IMG/VR virus record: IMGVR_UViG_3300037485_001282
Coordinates: 64,001 to 128,000 of that record
Reading direction: 5' to 3' (one strand)
Length of the DNA stretch: 64,000 bases
DNA from: a virus
The notes under the pieces are model-generated. The model ran no database searches, had not been told where the DNA came from, and worked only from the letters and a program-made list of their open reading frames with translations. Shown here in pieces: positions 46,031-55,442 of this stretch (position 1 is the first letter of the stretch; each line of letters begins with the position of its first letter). The position numbers were made by a program, and so were the translations under genes.

Positions 46031-47824
46031 ATGCCAAGACCAAGATCTTCTTTTGATGACTTTAAATACCTTTATGAAGGAACTAAATACGAGGTAGATA
46101 CTTCAAAGCATTTTACCGTAAACACGTCAATCACAATAACTTGTGATAAAGGACATAAGTTCCGTTCAAGCGTGACTAAGGTAAAATCTTTGGGGAAAGA
46201 TCCAAAAATATGCCCCCATTGCATAAATGAATCTAAAAACAATGAAGTAAGAATATCTTTCACCGATATTAGTGATTTTTTTAAAGAAACTAACTGGGAA
46301 GTAGTCTATGAAAACGATTTTTATAGTAAATGGGAAGGACGAATTACTCTAAAATGCAAAAACGATGGGAACATTCAGTATATAAAATCTATAAAATATT
46401 GGAACGATAATCGCACAATACCATTATGCGATAGATGCAAGGAAATAAACACCGAAAAGAAGTTAGGTGTTTTCTTAGAGAAACTAGAAGAAAAAGTAAA
46501 TATCACTCATGAAAAAACAGAACTAAAGCCAGAATACACTGGGATTGATACTCTACCACCACAATTAAAGGAAAGATACTTAGCACAAACTCAGTGGAGA
46601 TTAATAGAATATATTAATACTAAAACTTTTGCTATTTTTCAATGCATCAAATGTGGCTTTATTAAAAAAGCACTACCATATAACTGTTTATTGGCGGTTA
46701 GAGATAGATGCGAGAATTGTATGAGAATTGAAATGAGAGATAATGTTTACAATAAAATGTATGAGCAGTGTAAAGAATCATTAATTTTACCAATAGAAAA
46801 CACACCATATGTTGCACCGAGAGACTATATTCGTTTTAAATGTGAAAAATGCAATCACGAATTCGAACAGAAATGGTATAACATAAACAGCGAATGTGGT
46901 AGAAACAAATTAAGTTGTCCTAACTGTTTTAAGAACATAAAGCGAAAAGAGGAAACTGAATTTGCTGATTATATTAGAGAATTGGTAGGGGCAGATAAAG
47001 TAACCCAAGATACTAAAAAAATAATTGCTCCATATGAACTAGATGTATATATCGAAGAACTTAAATTAGCATTTGAATACTGTGGAAACATATGGCACTC
47101 AGAATTGTATAGAGATGATCCAGATGTTCATAAAAAGAAACATGAACTTTGTGAAACGAATGGAATTAGATTAATAACTTTATTTGCCGATGAATGGAAA
47201 GATTCTAGGAACATCTGTGAGTCCAGAATTAAAAATCTGCTAGGTCTTCTAACAAATAAAATCCCAGCAAGAAAATGTGAAGTTAAAGAGGTAGATACTT
47301 CAGTAGCTTTAAGTTTCTGTGATGAAAATCACCTCCAAGGAAAAGGTCAGTGCCGAGAAGCATATGGTCTTTACTTTGAAGGTTCTTTAGTTTCTATAAT
47401 GACCTTTTCAGTTCCTTCTATTTCCAAATCTGGTTCAACTAGGAACTATGATTGGGAACTTAATAGGTTCTGTTCGAAACTAGATACCGTAGTTATTGGT
47501 GGTGCTAATAGGTTAATAGAAGCCTTTAAGGAAAAACACCAAGGACAGACTATAGTAACTTTTTGTGACTTAAGATGGGGAAACGGGAAAGTCTATGAGA
47601 ACATGGGATTTACTTTTGATTACAAGACAGATCCTAATTATTACTACGTAGGCGCTATAACTAACTGGAAGAGGAAGCACCGATTTAACTTTACTAGAGA
47701 GCGCCTTAGAGAGATCTTTAAAGTAACTGACGAGACTAAGACCGAGCGAATGATAGCAGAGGAAAATGAACTTTTTAGGATCTACGATTGTGGACATAAT
47801 AGATACTCGTTGAAAATAAGTTAA
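46031..47824 (+). CDS. free-standing homing endonuclease (Zn ribbons plus Vsr-like/Hef-like domain), paralog of 15818-17467
   Basis: CxxC repeats, YELDVY..LAFEYCGNIWHS, WELNRFC, RIYDCG; AAGGA SD before ATG 46031 (the ORF track extends it to 45911 through the terminator). Confidence 0.85.
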   Translation: MPRPRSSFDDFKYLYEGTKYEVDTSKHFTVNTSITITCDKGHKFRSSVTKVKSLGKDPKICPHCINESKNNEVRISFTDISDFFKETNWEVVYENDFYSKWEGRITLKCKNDGNIQYIKSIKYWNDNRTIPLCDRCKEINTEKKLGVFLEKLEEKVNITHEKTELKPEYTGIDTLPPQLKERYLAQTQWRLIEYINTKTFAIFQCIKCGFIKKALPYNCLLAVRDRCENCMRIEMRDNVYNKMYEQCKESLILPIENTPYVAPRDYIRFKCEKCNHEFEQKWYNINSECGRNKLSCPNCFKNIKRKEETEFADYIRELVGADKVTQDTKKIIAPYELDVYIEELKLAFEYCGNIWHSELYRDDPDVHKKKHELCETNGIRLITLFADEWKDSRNICESRIKNLLGLLTNKIPARKCEVKEVDTSVALSFCDENHLQGKGQCREAYGLYFEGSLVSIMTFSVPSISKSGSTRNYDWELNRFCSKLDTVVIGGANRLIEAFKEKHQGQTIVTFCDLRWGNGKVYENMGFTFDYKTDPNYYYVGAITNWKRKHRFNFTRERLREIFKVTDETKTERMIAEENELFRIYDCGHNRYSLKIS

Positions 47825-47857
47825 AAGAAGGTATAATAGTTTTTTGAAAGGAACTCT

Positions 47858-48148
47858 ATGTCAGTTTTAATTAATAAAGTCAAATCGGAGAAGATAGCGA
47901 AGGGTCAGTTACTTTTTGAGCATCCAGCTACAAAGGTAAAGGAAAAGTCGCCTCAAGGAACTAAAAAGCCAGTTAAGAAGATACTGGAGCCAGAGACCGA
48001 GAAGGAACTTGAGCAGCTTTACGATACTATTTTGGGATTAGTAACTAATAGCGAATATTGGGCAACTGTATCTGACGTTGATTTAAAAGTCGCTTCTGAG
48101 TTAATTTTGGCTGAATATGAGAAGAGAGCAACTAAGGCTAAGGGGTGA
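47858..48148 (+). CDS. hypothetical protein
   Basis: AAGGA SD, co-oriented ORF. Confidence 0.6.
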   Translation: MSVLINKVKSEKIAKGQLLFEHPATKVKEKSPQGTKKPVKKILEPETEKELEQLYDTILGLVTNSEYWATVSDVDLKVASELILAEYEKRATKAKG

Positions 48149-48151
48149 TCC

Positions 48152-48427
48152 ATGGAATTAAATCCAGTACAGAAGATGGACTTTGTTAATCCTAATAATG
48201 AACGTGAGTTGCTAAATGCGTCTATAGCCAATGTAGAGGAAATGTTGGATGAATTGGCTACTGGATTACATTTAGCTGAGGATCGTCAATTAACTCTCAT
48301 TAAAACTGGAGATATTAAGTCTTCTATTTATGATGATACCAAAGAAGCTATTGAGGATCTTAAAAGAGAAATCCACGACAATAAGATTGAATTGAAGCGA
48401 CTAAGGGATCTTAGAGCTAAAATTTAA
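48152..48427 (+). CDS. hypothetical coiled-coil protein
   Basis: Tightly packed co-oriented ORF. Confidence 0.6.
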   Translation: MELNPVQKMDFVNPNNERELLNASIANVEEMLDELATGLHLAEDRQLTLIKTGDIKSSIYDDTKEAIEDLKREIHDNKIELKRLRDLRAKI

Positions 48428-48455
48428 ATTTCTATAAATAACAACTGGAGCAAAT

Positions 48456-49010
48456 ATGGCACTGGCAGTTTACAAACGAATTCGCCCAGACGCTTACCCA
48501 TTAAATATTGGTGGGCGTAGGGTTTATATTAAGGGTGGAGAAACGGTAGTAGTCGAACAGGCTCAGATGATGGGTGTGTCGGGCTTTGCTTTCGTTAGAT
48601 TATACAACGATGATAGACACTATGGGAAGCCAGAATCCTCCGTAACTGCTAATGTAAGAGTAAATAACTTAGAAAACCCACAAAATAGAAACTTTTCTTT
48701 TGAAATTCAGGAACTTAGGAACTTTAATACACAAGAAGTTCCTATTGAGTCTCTTAATAAAGCAACTTATGGTGTTCAAGAAGTTCCAGAAGTACCAAGA
48801 GTTGAGATAATTGAAGAGACTAATAAGGAACTAGGATTTTCTAAGGAAATAGTAGCACATTTGAAATCATTTGATAATAAGAAGTGGCTATCATTAAAGA
48901 AAGATGAAGTTATTAAGTTCTTTAAAGATGCTGGAGTTACTTTTGATCATATACCAAACGAAAAATGGGAACTTGTTAAATATTTGAAGACACTAATTAA
49001 GGAACTATAA
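48456..49010 (+). CDS. late hypothetical protein
   Basis: Late promoter at 48433, GGAG SD; abuts gp13. Confidence 0.7.
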   Translation: MALAVYKRIRPDAYPLNIGGRRVYIKGGETVVVEQAQMMGVSGFAFVRLYNDDRHYGKPESSVTANVRVNNLENPQNRNFSFEIQELRNFNTQEVPIESLNKATYGVQEVPEVPRVEIIEETNKELGFSKEIVAHLKSFDNKKWLSLKKDEVIKFFKDAGVTFDHIPNEKWELVKYLKTLIKEL

Positions 49011-49967
49011 ATGAAAGTCAGGACGAAGGAAGATTTAGCAATTTGGATTAGGCGATCATTAGGTGAGCCAACAGTGAATCTTCCCATTGCTCCTGAGCAA
49101 CTTGATGATTGCATAGATGAGGCTATAGAGTTCTTTACAGAGAGATGTACTGGTCATGGGTCCGAGGAAAGCTATATTGCTATATTGCCAGTGGTTAGGG
49201 CTATAGAGGCTGCTGGACTACCTTCTACAAACGCTAGAGTTAGTGGAAGTGCTCATGGGGTTGCTGAGATACTTTATCAAGCAGAATATCAACTACCAAG
49301 GAATGTTTTGGCTATTGGTGAGCCTTTAGATAATACTGCTACTACTCCAGCAATTAATGGACAATGGGTGACTGCTGGCGGTGGATATGCTTCTAATGAT
49401 CCAATGTTAAATTTTGCATTTGCTTCGGCAGAAACATTCAATTCCCCAACTCTTGGTGGAATTGCTGGATCCGCTATGGCTGCTGGGTTGTTTTTCCCTG
49501 GAACCGTCTGGGCTGATTTCTCTGGATTTAACTCATATGGTTCAAGAGGTGGTTCCCGTGGTCAAGGTGGTGGAGTTGATTTAGTTACATATGAACTTGG
49601 CTTAGAATATATGGAAATGATGAAGCAACGTTATACCATTCATATGTCCTGTCAGTTTATGGAAGCGCAGAGAAAAGTTAGAATTTCTCCTAGACCAAAT
49701 TGCTTTGGTATGTTAGTTATTCCTGTTTGGGTTCGTGTTGCTGATGCGGATCTTTATGATCATATTTGGATTCGTCGTTATGCAAGAGCATTAACTATGA
49801 GAAATATTGGTATGAATACTGGGTTCTTTACTGGCGCTAAATTTCCTGGTGGTGTTGAAATTAATTCTAAGAAATTCGAAGAAGAAGGCGAAAAAGAAAT
49901 CGAAAAATTAGAACAACAGATAAAAGACTTCGATTATGGAGAACCTGGATCTTTCAGAATAGGCTGA
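49011..49967 (+). CDS. gp13: neck protein gp13
   Basis: DLAIWIRRSLGEP, EQLDDCIDEA, WIRRYARAL, FPGGVEIN and FRIG motifs. Confidence 0.9.
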   Translation: MKVRTKEDLAIWIRRSLGEPTVNLPIAPEQLDDCIDEAIEFFTERCTGHGSEESYIAILPVVRAIEAAGLPSTNARVSGSAHGVAEILYQAEYQLPRNVLAIGEPLDNTATTPAINGQWVTAGGGYASNDPMLNFAFASAETFNSPTLGGIAGSAMAAGLFFPGTVWADFSGFNSYGSRGGSRGQGGGVDLVTYELGLEYMEMMKQRYTIHMSCQFMEAQRKVRISPRPNCFGMLVIPVWVRVADADLYDHIWIRRYARALTMRNIGMNTGFFTGAKFPGGVEINSKKFEEEGEKEIEKLEQQIKDFDYGEPGSFRIG

Positions 49968-49985
49968 TTTTAGTTAGGGGAAATA

Positions 49986-50753
49986 ATGGCGGGACTAGAT
50001 AATCCACTTCAGTATAAGCAGTATTATAATCAGTTCTCTGGTCCTTGGAAGCAGAAGAATACTATAGAAATGTATGATAATGCATTGGCTCAGTATTTTG
50101 GTGTTTATGGTATTCCTATTGATTATTACCCAGTTGAAGTAAATTACAACAAAGATAGAATATTTGGCGAAGATACCGCTAAAAGATATATTCACAAGAG
50201 ACAGTTAACTTGTGTAGTTAAAGACGGTGCTTTTGAGGAAAATTTAGTTTATAATGGGTTCGGTGAAATAACTCAAGTAGAGTTTCAAATTTATATTCAT
50301 TTACCTACGTTTAGAAAATTAGTAAATAGAGATCCTCTTGCTAGTGATAACTTTTATTTACCTAATAGTAGCAATATAGGCTATGAAGTAGTACATGTTG
50401 ACTGGATGACGTTGGGGCTTGATGGAAATATTTTCGGGCAAAAAAGTACTTATATTTTAACCTGTAAATCCAGAGAATATTCTGAAGAACAATATGGTCT
50501 TCTTGACCAAAGTGGTAATTTAATTTCTAATGCTCCAGCAGATGCATATGTTCCAGATGGATCCTTAAGAATACAAGATAAATATAATGTTCCAATTCCA
50601 AAGACAACTCAAGCAACTAATTCTAATGATAAGAATGCGTCAGATAACAACGAAATAGCAAATATTACTGAAGGAATAGAAAATCAAACAACTGGTGTTA
50701 GAGAGGGTGGGTTAACATTTAAGAAAAATAAGATTTACTGGGGCGATTGGTGA
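49986..50753 (+). CDS. gp14: neck protein gp14
   Basis: YGIPIDYYP, IFGED, FGEI, YEVVHV and YILTC motifs; follows gp13. Confidence 0.85.
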   Translation: MAGLDNPLQYKQYYNQFSGPWKQKNTIEMYDNALAQYFGVYGIPIDYYPVEVNYNKDRIFGEDTAKRYIHKRQLTCVVKDGAFEENLVYNGFGEITQVEFQIYIHLPTFRKLVNRDPLASDNFYLPNSSNIGYEVVHVDWMTLGLDGNIFGQKSTYILTCKSREYSEEQYGLLDQSGNLISNAPADAYVPDGSLRIQDKYNVPIPKTTQATNSNDKNASDNNEIANITEGIENQTTGVREGGLTFKKNKIYWGDW

Positions 50754-50768
50754 ACTAAAGGAACTAAC

Positions 50769-51446
50769 ATGAAATCAGAGCTACTTATGCAAAAGAGAAT
50801 ACTAAGTCTATTTAAAGAATCTAACGCTCTTAAAGGCGGACTAGCTGATGGGAAAACAGTAAACGATATTGCCAAGAAGCATAATGTTCCTATCGAAGTT
50901 ATTTTGCATCAGGAGCAACTAGGTCTTAGTGTAGAGAAGGAACACGCTGATGATATATATCTTCGTGGAGAGATAGTAAGAGATCACCTATGGGAAGATC
51001 CTTATTATTATGATAAACTCAGTAAAGCAAAATTAGAAAGTACTTCTGTTTTAGATGAAATGCCTTATTTTCACGATGTTCCTAGTGAAAACCACGTATC
51101 CTTAGATTTACAAATAGAAAAATTTGATATAAAGGAACTAAAATTAGCTTTAACTCAGTTATTCATGGGAGAAAAGCCATTTGGTGATAACATTAAACAA
51201 CCAGAAGTTATAATAGATGACCCCGATAAGTTCAAAGAAATGTTACTTAACTTCACCGATGATATAACCGAACCAGCAAATCAGTTCTTAGTCCAATTTA
51301 TAAGAAAATATAACCCATTTAATATATCATCTAAGTTTAGACCAAATGTAACATTAAAGAATATAACAAAGTACGAAAAGCAATATGTAGTAAATTACGT
51401 TAACCAAGCTTATTCAGATGCTATGGAAAATAAACATGTTAGATAA
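50769..51446 (+). CDS. hypothetical virion-associated protein with G..VE.EH...DHL.E.P.YY..L domain (DUF5661-like)
   Basis: GLSVEKEH...EIVRDHLWEDPYYYDKL. Confidence 0.6.
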   Translation: MKSELLMQKRILSLFKESNALKGGLADGKTVNDIAKKHNVPIEVILHQEQLGLSVEKEHADDIYLRGEIVRDHLWEDPYYYDKLSKAKLESTSVLDEMPYFHDVPSENHVSLDLQIEKFDIKELKLALTQLFMGEKPFGDNIKQPEVIIDDPDKFKEMLLNFTDDITEPANQFLVQFIRKYNPFNISSKFRPNVTLKNITKYEKQYVVNYVNQAYSDAMENKHVR

Positions 51447-51654
51447 TATCAATAAGATTATAGCTAGTTACGATGAAGAGATAAAGATCTGCAAAAGCGC
51501 CTTAAAGGAACTAAAAGAAACTGATTTTGCTGAAATGATTCTCTATAAGACGCAACTAAGTGAAAAAAGAATGATACTCCAGACGCTAAAGAATTTAGTT
51601 CACATCGATAGTTCCAGAGTAATTGATACCGAAAGAATATATAAGAAACCATGA
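51436..51654 (+). CDS. hypothetical protein
   Basis: Overlaps both neighbours; ATGA coupling to gp15. Confidence 0.5.
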   Translation: MLDNINKIIASYDEEIKICKSALKELKETDFAEMILYKTQLSEKRMILQTLKNLVHIDSSRVIDTERIYKKP

Positions 51655-53048
51655 AGAATTTCTACTTTTCAAATATACTTTATAACGGAATTTCCAGCTT
51701 TGCCGATATATTCAATGATATGTCAGTTTGGGTCTATGATGCTGACGGAAGAGCAACTAGATCCAAGAAAGTTCCTGTAATTATCGCGCCAAAGGAAAAA
51801 GTAGTTTCTGCGTTAATGAAAGGAAATTTCGGAACTGATTCGAGTAACCAAGGAGTTACTATTGAAAACTATCTCCCACAGATTTCGATTTTCTGGAATA
51901 ACCTTTCTTTAGATACTGAAAGAATGGCTGGTCAGAGAAACCAAAGAAGATTATATACAGAAGTATCAGATAGAAACGAAGATGGTTGCGACGAAAGTTA
52001 CGTTCATACAGATATTAAAACGGTTCCCTATAAAATGGGATTTGAAGTTACTTTATGGACTAAGTACGAATCAGATATGGCGCAGTTACTAGAAAATATT
52101 CTTCCATTTTTCCACCCAGAAGCTTATGTAAGTATATATGAAAAAGGAGTAGGACTAGAAAGGCAATGTAAAGTAACTAAGGAAAGTGAAAGTTTAAACT
52201 TCACCTATGATCTAAACCAACCAGATAGAAGAGTTCTCCAATCAACGCTAACTTTCTCAATGGAAATAAACTTCTATAAACCAGAAAACCCAATAGCTAA
52301 ACCAATCCAAAAAATGTACATGAATATCGCAGAACCTAAAGAAAATGGTAAAGCCCACGGTGAGAAACTAGTAGTAGAAGCAGCTTCAGAACCTGGAATG
52401 TGCTTCCATGACTTAGATTCAAAAACAAGATCATTCATTAAAGAATTTAACCTAGAAGATCAAATATATACCTCACAATTTTACCCAGACGTAAATGGCA
52501 TAGTTCCTCAACCAAAAGAGATTCTACCAACTCACCTTCCTAAAGAATTCATAGATACTCTCCTTAGAAGAGATCCTAATTACGGTTCCCAAGATATTAC
52601 CAACATAGTCACTACAGACAACGTTACTACCGATGAACTTCTAGTAACTAATATGAACGTAAAGAAATCTTCGATAATAAGTTCCTATGTAGTTACTCCT
52701 AATGGTTTCCCTATATTAACTTCAAGTATCTCAAGAGTTGATACTGGGAAATTTACTATAAAATTATCAGAAGTTCCTACAAGCAACTTGTATAAGATAG
52801 TTTATAGAATAGAACCTATAGGCGACTTAATAGTTAATATTCCAATAGGCTCTAATACAGTCACTATAGTTAATGAGAGAATTAAAGCTACTTCAATCCC
52901 CGTTGTGCAAATATATAATACTACAGAAGCCCCTAATATTGCTATTGAGGGGATCTTAAGTATCTCTGATGGGAGTTTTTCAATTAGATTATCAAGTACC
53001 CCAGCAGTTGATGGTTATAAAGTTACTTGGTCAGTGGAGGAACCTTGA
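51651..53048 (+). CDS. gp15: tail sheath stabiliser/terminator gp15 with C-terminal extension
   Basis: FADIFND, KVPVIIAPKEK, LPQIS, VPYKMGFEV and QLLENILPFF.P motifs. Confidence 0.88.
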   Translation: MKNFYFSNILYNGISSFADIFNDMSVWVYDADGRATRSKKVPVIIAPKEKVVSALMKGNFGTDSSNQGVTIENYLPQISIFWNNLSLDTERMAGQRNQRRLYTEVSDRNEDGCDESYVHTDIKTVPYKMGFEVTLWTKYESDMAQLLENILPFFHPEAYVSIYEKGVGLERQCKVTKESESLNFTYDLNQPDRRVLQSTLTFSMEINFYKPENPIAKPIQKMYMNIAEPKENGKAHGEKLVVEAASEPGMCFHDLDSKTRSFIKEFNLEDQIYTSQFYPDVNGIVPQPKEILPTHLPKEFIDTLLRRDPNYGSQDITNIVTTDNVTTDELLVTNMNVKKSSIISSYVVTPNGFPILTSSISRVDTGKFTIKLSEVPTSNLYKIVYRIEPIGDLIVNIPIGSNTVTIVNERIKATSIPVVQIYNTTEAPNIAIEGILSISDGSFSIRLSSTPAVDGYKVTWSVEEP

Positions 53049-53572
53049 GTCAATTAGATGCTAGTATAAACGATATTCTTGACATTAAAGATACTATAGG
53101 AGACTTAGTTTCTGATAGCGAAACTGATACTAAAGTATCCGATGAAGAGAAACAGTTTAAAGAGAGAATGAAGAAAATAGAGCAACTTAAAGAAGAACTT
53201 AAGACAAAAAACTCTGTAGATGATGAAGAGTTTATTAAATCGTCACTTAAGAAAATAGTTAATCTTGGAGTTGTAGCTGCTGAGTCACTTGGAATGGAAC
53301 TCGAAGCACATCCTGATGGTAGAGGAACTGAATGTTTAGCTACTGTGCTTAATGCAGCAACTACGGCTGTTAAGGAACTCAATAATGTAAACACTGATAA
53401 AGAGAAGATTAAAATATCTAGAGAAACTTTGGATATGAAAAAGATTAGTAACCCAGGTAATCAAAAAATAACTCAAAACAATAACTTCTTTGGTAACCCA
53501 TCAGATTTACTAGATATGATGAAAAAAGGCGCTATGAAAACGGTAGATGCTCAAGTAGAAAAGATTAGTTAG
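53027..53572 (+). CDS. gp16: terminase small subunit (gp16-like)
   Basis: Helical protein with HP.R..ECLAT and ITQNNNFFGNPSDLL; precedes gp17. Confidence 0.75.
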   Translation: MVSGGTLSQLDASINDILDIKDTIGDLVSDSETDTKVSDEEKQFKERMKKIEQLKEELKTKNSVDDEEFIKSSLKKIVNLGVVAAESLGMELEAHPDGRGTECLATVLNAATTAVKELNNVNTDKEKIKISRETLDMKKISNPGNQKITQNNNFFGNPSDLLDMMKKGAMKTVDAQVEKIS

Positions 53573-53599
53573 ATTTAATAGTCAATAAAAGTAACTTAT

Positions 53600-53632
53600 A
53601 GGAACTACCAGTAACTTGGTAGTTCCTTTTTT
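53600..53632 (+). terminator. intrinsic terminator between gp16 and gp17
   Basis: AGGAACTACCA-GTAACT-TGGTAGTTCCT followed by TTTT. Confidence 0.75.
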
Positions 53633-53701
53633 ATTTGGAACTTAAAGTTAATTATAGTTCCTATAGTAACTTATATTATAAATAAGAATAGGGAACCTGA
53701 A

Positions 53702-55336
53702 ATGCCAATTAGTTACAATGTTAAGGGAATGAAAAGACCAAACGAGGTGACTGAATATACTCCAGAAATGCTTCAGGAGTATGTTAAATGCGCCACCGAT
53801 ATTATTTATTTTGCGGAGAATTATTACTATATAACATCTACACATAACAATAAAGGAAAACAGTTAGTTGAATTATATGATTTCCAGAAGGATATTTTAC
53901 ATGGATTAGTTAACAACGATCATGTTATTCTTAATGCAGCTAGACAGGTTGGTAAATCTACGTGTTCTTGTATTTTTTTATTGTGGTATGCTTTATTTAA
54001 TAAAGATATTGAAATTGCGATATTGGCTAATAAACAAAGAACAGCAACCGAATTAATGGGTGACGTAAAAAATGCTTATTTGGAGTTACCTAATTGGCTA
54101 AAACCAGCGCCATTGAAATATGATGAACTAAACATTGAATTTGATAGTGGAACTAAAATTATTGCGGCAGCAACATCAAAAGACGCTATACGTGGTAGGT
54201 CCATATCAGCCCTACTAATTGATGAGTTCGCACATTTACCAACCAACATAGCCGAAGAGTTCTGGACTGCTGTTTTGCCAACAATTTCCAACGGTGGTAA
54301 GTGTATAGTTGTATCAACCCCCAACGGCGCTGGTGGATTATTCTACGATCTATGGAGAAAAGCAACACTTAAGATAGAAGATTGTGATTTTATTCCGTTT
54401 AAGGCGCGATGGGATGTAGTTCCTGGTAGAGACGAATCATGGAAGAAGAAAATGATGTCTTCTATGAACTCTATCGTTAAGTTTAATCAGGAATTTGAAT
54501 GTAACTTCTCAGGATCTTCCAATACACTTATAGAAGGAAATACGTTGGAACGTTTAGTTTCTCAAGTTCCTTTATTAGTGCCTGAAGAGGGATACAGTAT
54601 TTGGAAGGCACCTCAGAGGAATCGAATTTACTTAGCGTCTTGTGACGTTGCTAAAGGTGTTAATAGTGACTTCTCGGTAGTTGACATTTATGATGTTACT
54701 ACTTGGCATGTTAATGGAAGATATGATCAAGTTGCTCAGCTACGAACTAATTCACTTGCGTTACTTCCAGAGTTTAAACCCAAAGTAGTTCAGATTTGTC
54801 GTCAGTGGAATAATTGTGCTCTAATAATCGAGAATAATAACTTAGGCGATGTATTAGCTAAAGCGATTCATGAAGAAGATGAATACGAGAATCTTTATTA
54901 TGACTATGACCGAAAGGAAATAGGAGTAAATGCTAATGTTAAAACGAAACCATTAGCTTGTAGGCACTATAAAGAAGATTTAGAGACTAGCGTATTAACT
55001 ATAAGATCTACTGATACTATAAAGGAACTGGCAACATTCGAAGAAGTAATGAGTGGGGTATTTAAGGCGCGTAAAGGAAACGCTTTTCATGATGATACAG
55101 TAACTGTAGGATATTGGGCTGCTTATTGTTTGAGATCGAAGTGGTGGGAAGATCATTTGCATGATATTAGAAAAAATAGCAAAGTAGCTTTATTAGGAAG
55201 TGGATCTAAGAGTTCTCTGATAAATACTCAAGTTAAGGATCCTGACGAAGAAAGTATGAGTAGATTCATGAATATGTTTGACGACAACTTTGAAGACGAA
55301 TTAAAAGGATTTACTGCTGGTCTTGGGAAATTCTGA
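53702..55336 (+). CDS. gp17: terminase large subunit gp17
   Basis: LYDFQ, ARQVGKST, LIDEFAH, VSTPNG, QEFEC, DVAKG, IENN and HDD motifs; no intein. Confidence 0.96.
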   Translation: MPISYNVKGMKRPNEVTEYTPEMLQEYVKCATDIIYFAENYYYITSTHNNKGKQLVELYDFQKDILHGLVNNDHVILNAARQVGKSTCSCIFLLWYALFNKDIEIAILANKQRTATELMGDVKNAYLELPNWLKPAPLKYDELNIEFDSGTKIIAAATSKDAIRGRSISALLIDEFAHLPTNIAEEFWTAVLPTISNGGKCIVVSTPNGAGGLFYDLWRKATLKIEDCDFIPFKARWDVVPGRDESWKKKMMSSMNSIVKFNQEFECNFSGSSNTLIEGNTLERLVSQVPLLVPEEGYSIWKAPQRNRIYLASCDVAKGVNSDFSVVDIYDVTTWHVNGRYDQVAQLRTNSLALLPEFKPKVVQICRQWNNCALIIENNNLGDVLAKAIHEEDEYENLYYDYDRKEIGVNANVKTKPLACRHYKEDLETSVLTIRSTDTIKELATFEEVMSGVFKARKGNAFHDDTVTVGYWAAYCLRSKWWEDHLHDIRKNSKVALLGSGSKSSLINTQVKDPDEESMSRFMNMFDDNFEDELKGFTAGLGKF

Positions 55337-55442
55337 TTTTTAAAATTATAAATAAGATGAAAACCACACATTATAGCATAAAAATAAAAATATTTACTGC
55401 TCGCTTATAAATAAACATAAGAGAAACTATAAGGAGCTTGGT

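Noticed and set aside
53702-55336. Intein in the terminase large subunit, helicase or UvsX (common sites in T4-like phages)
   Set aside because: Motifs are contiguous and lengths are normal; no intein blocks were seen.
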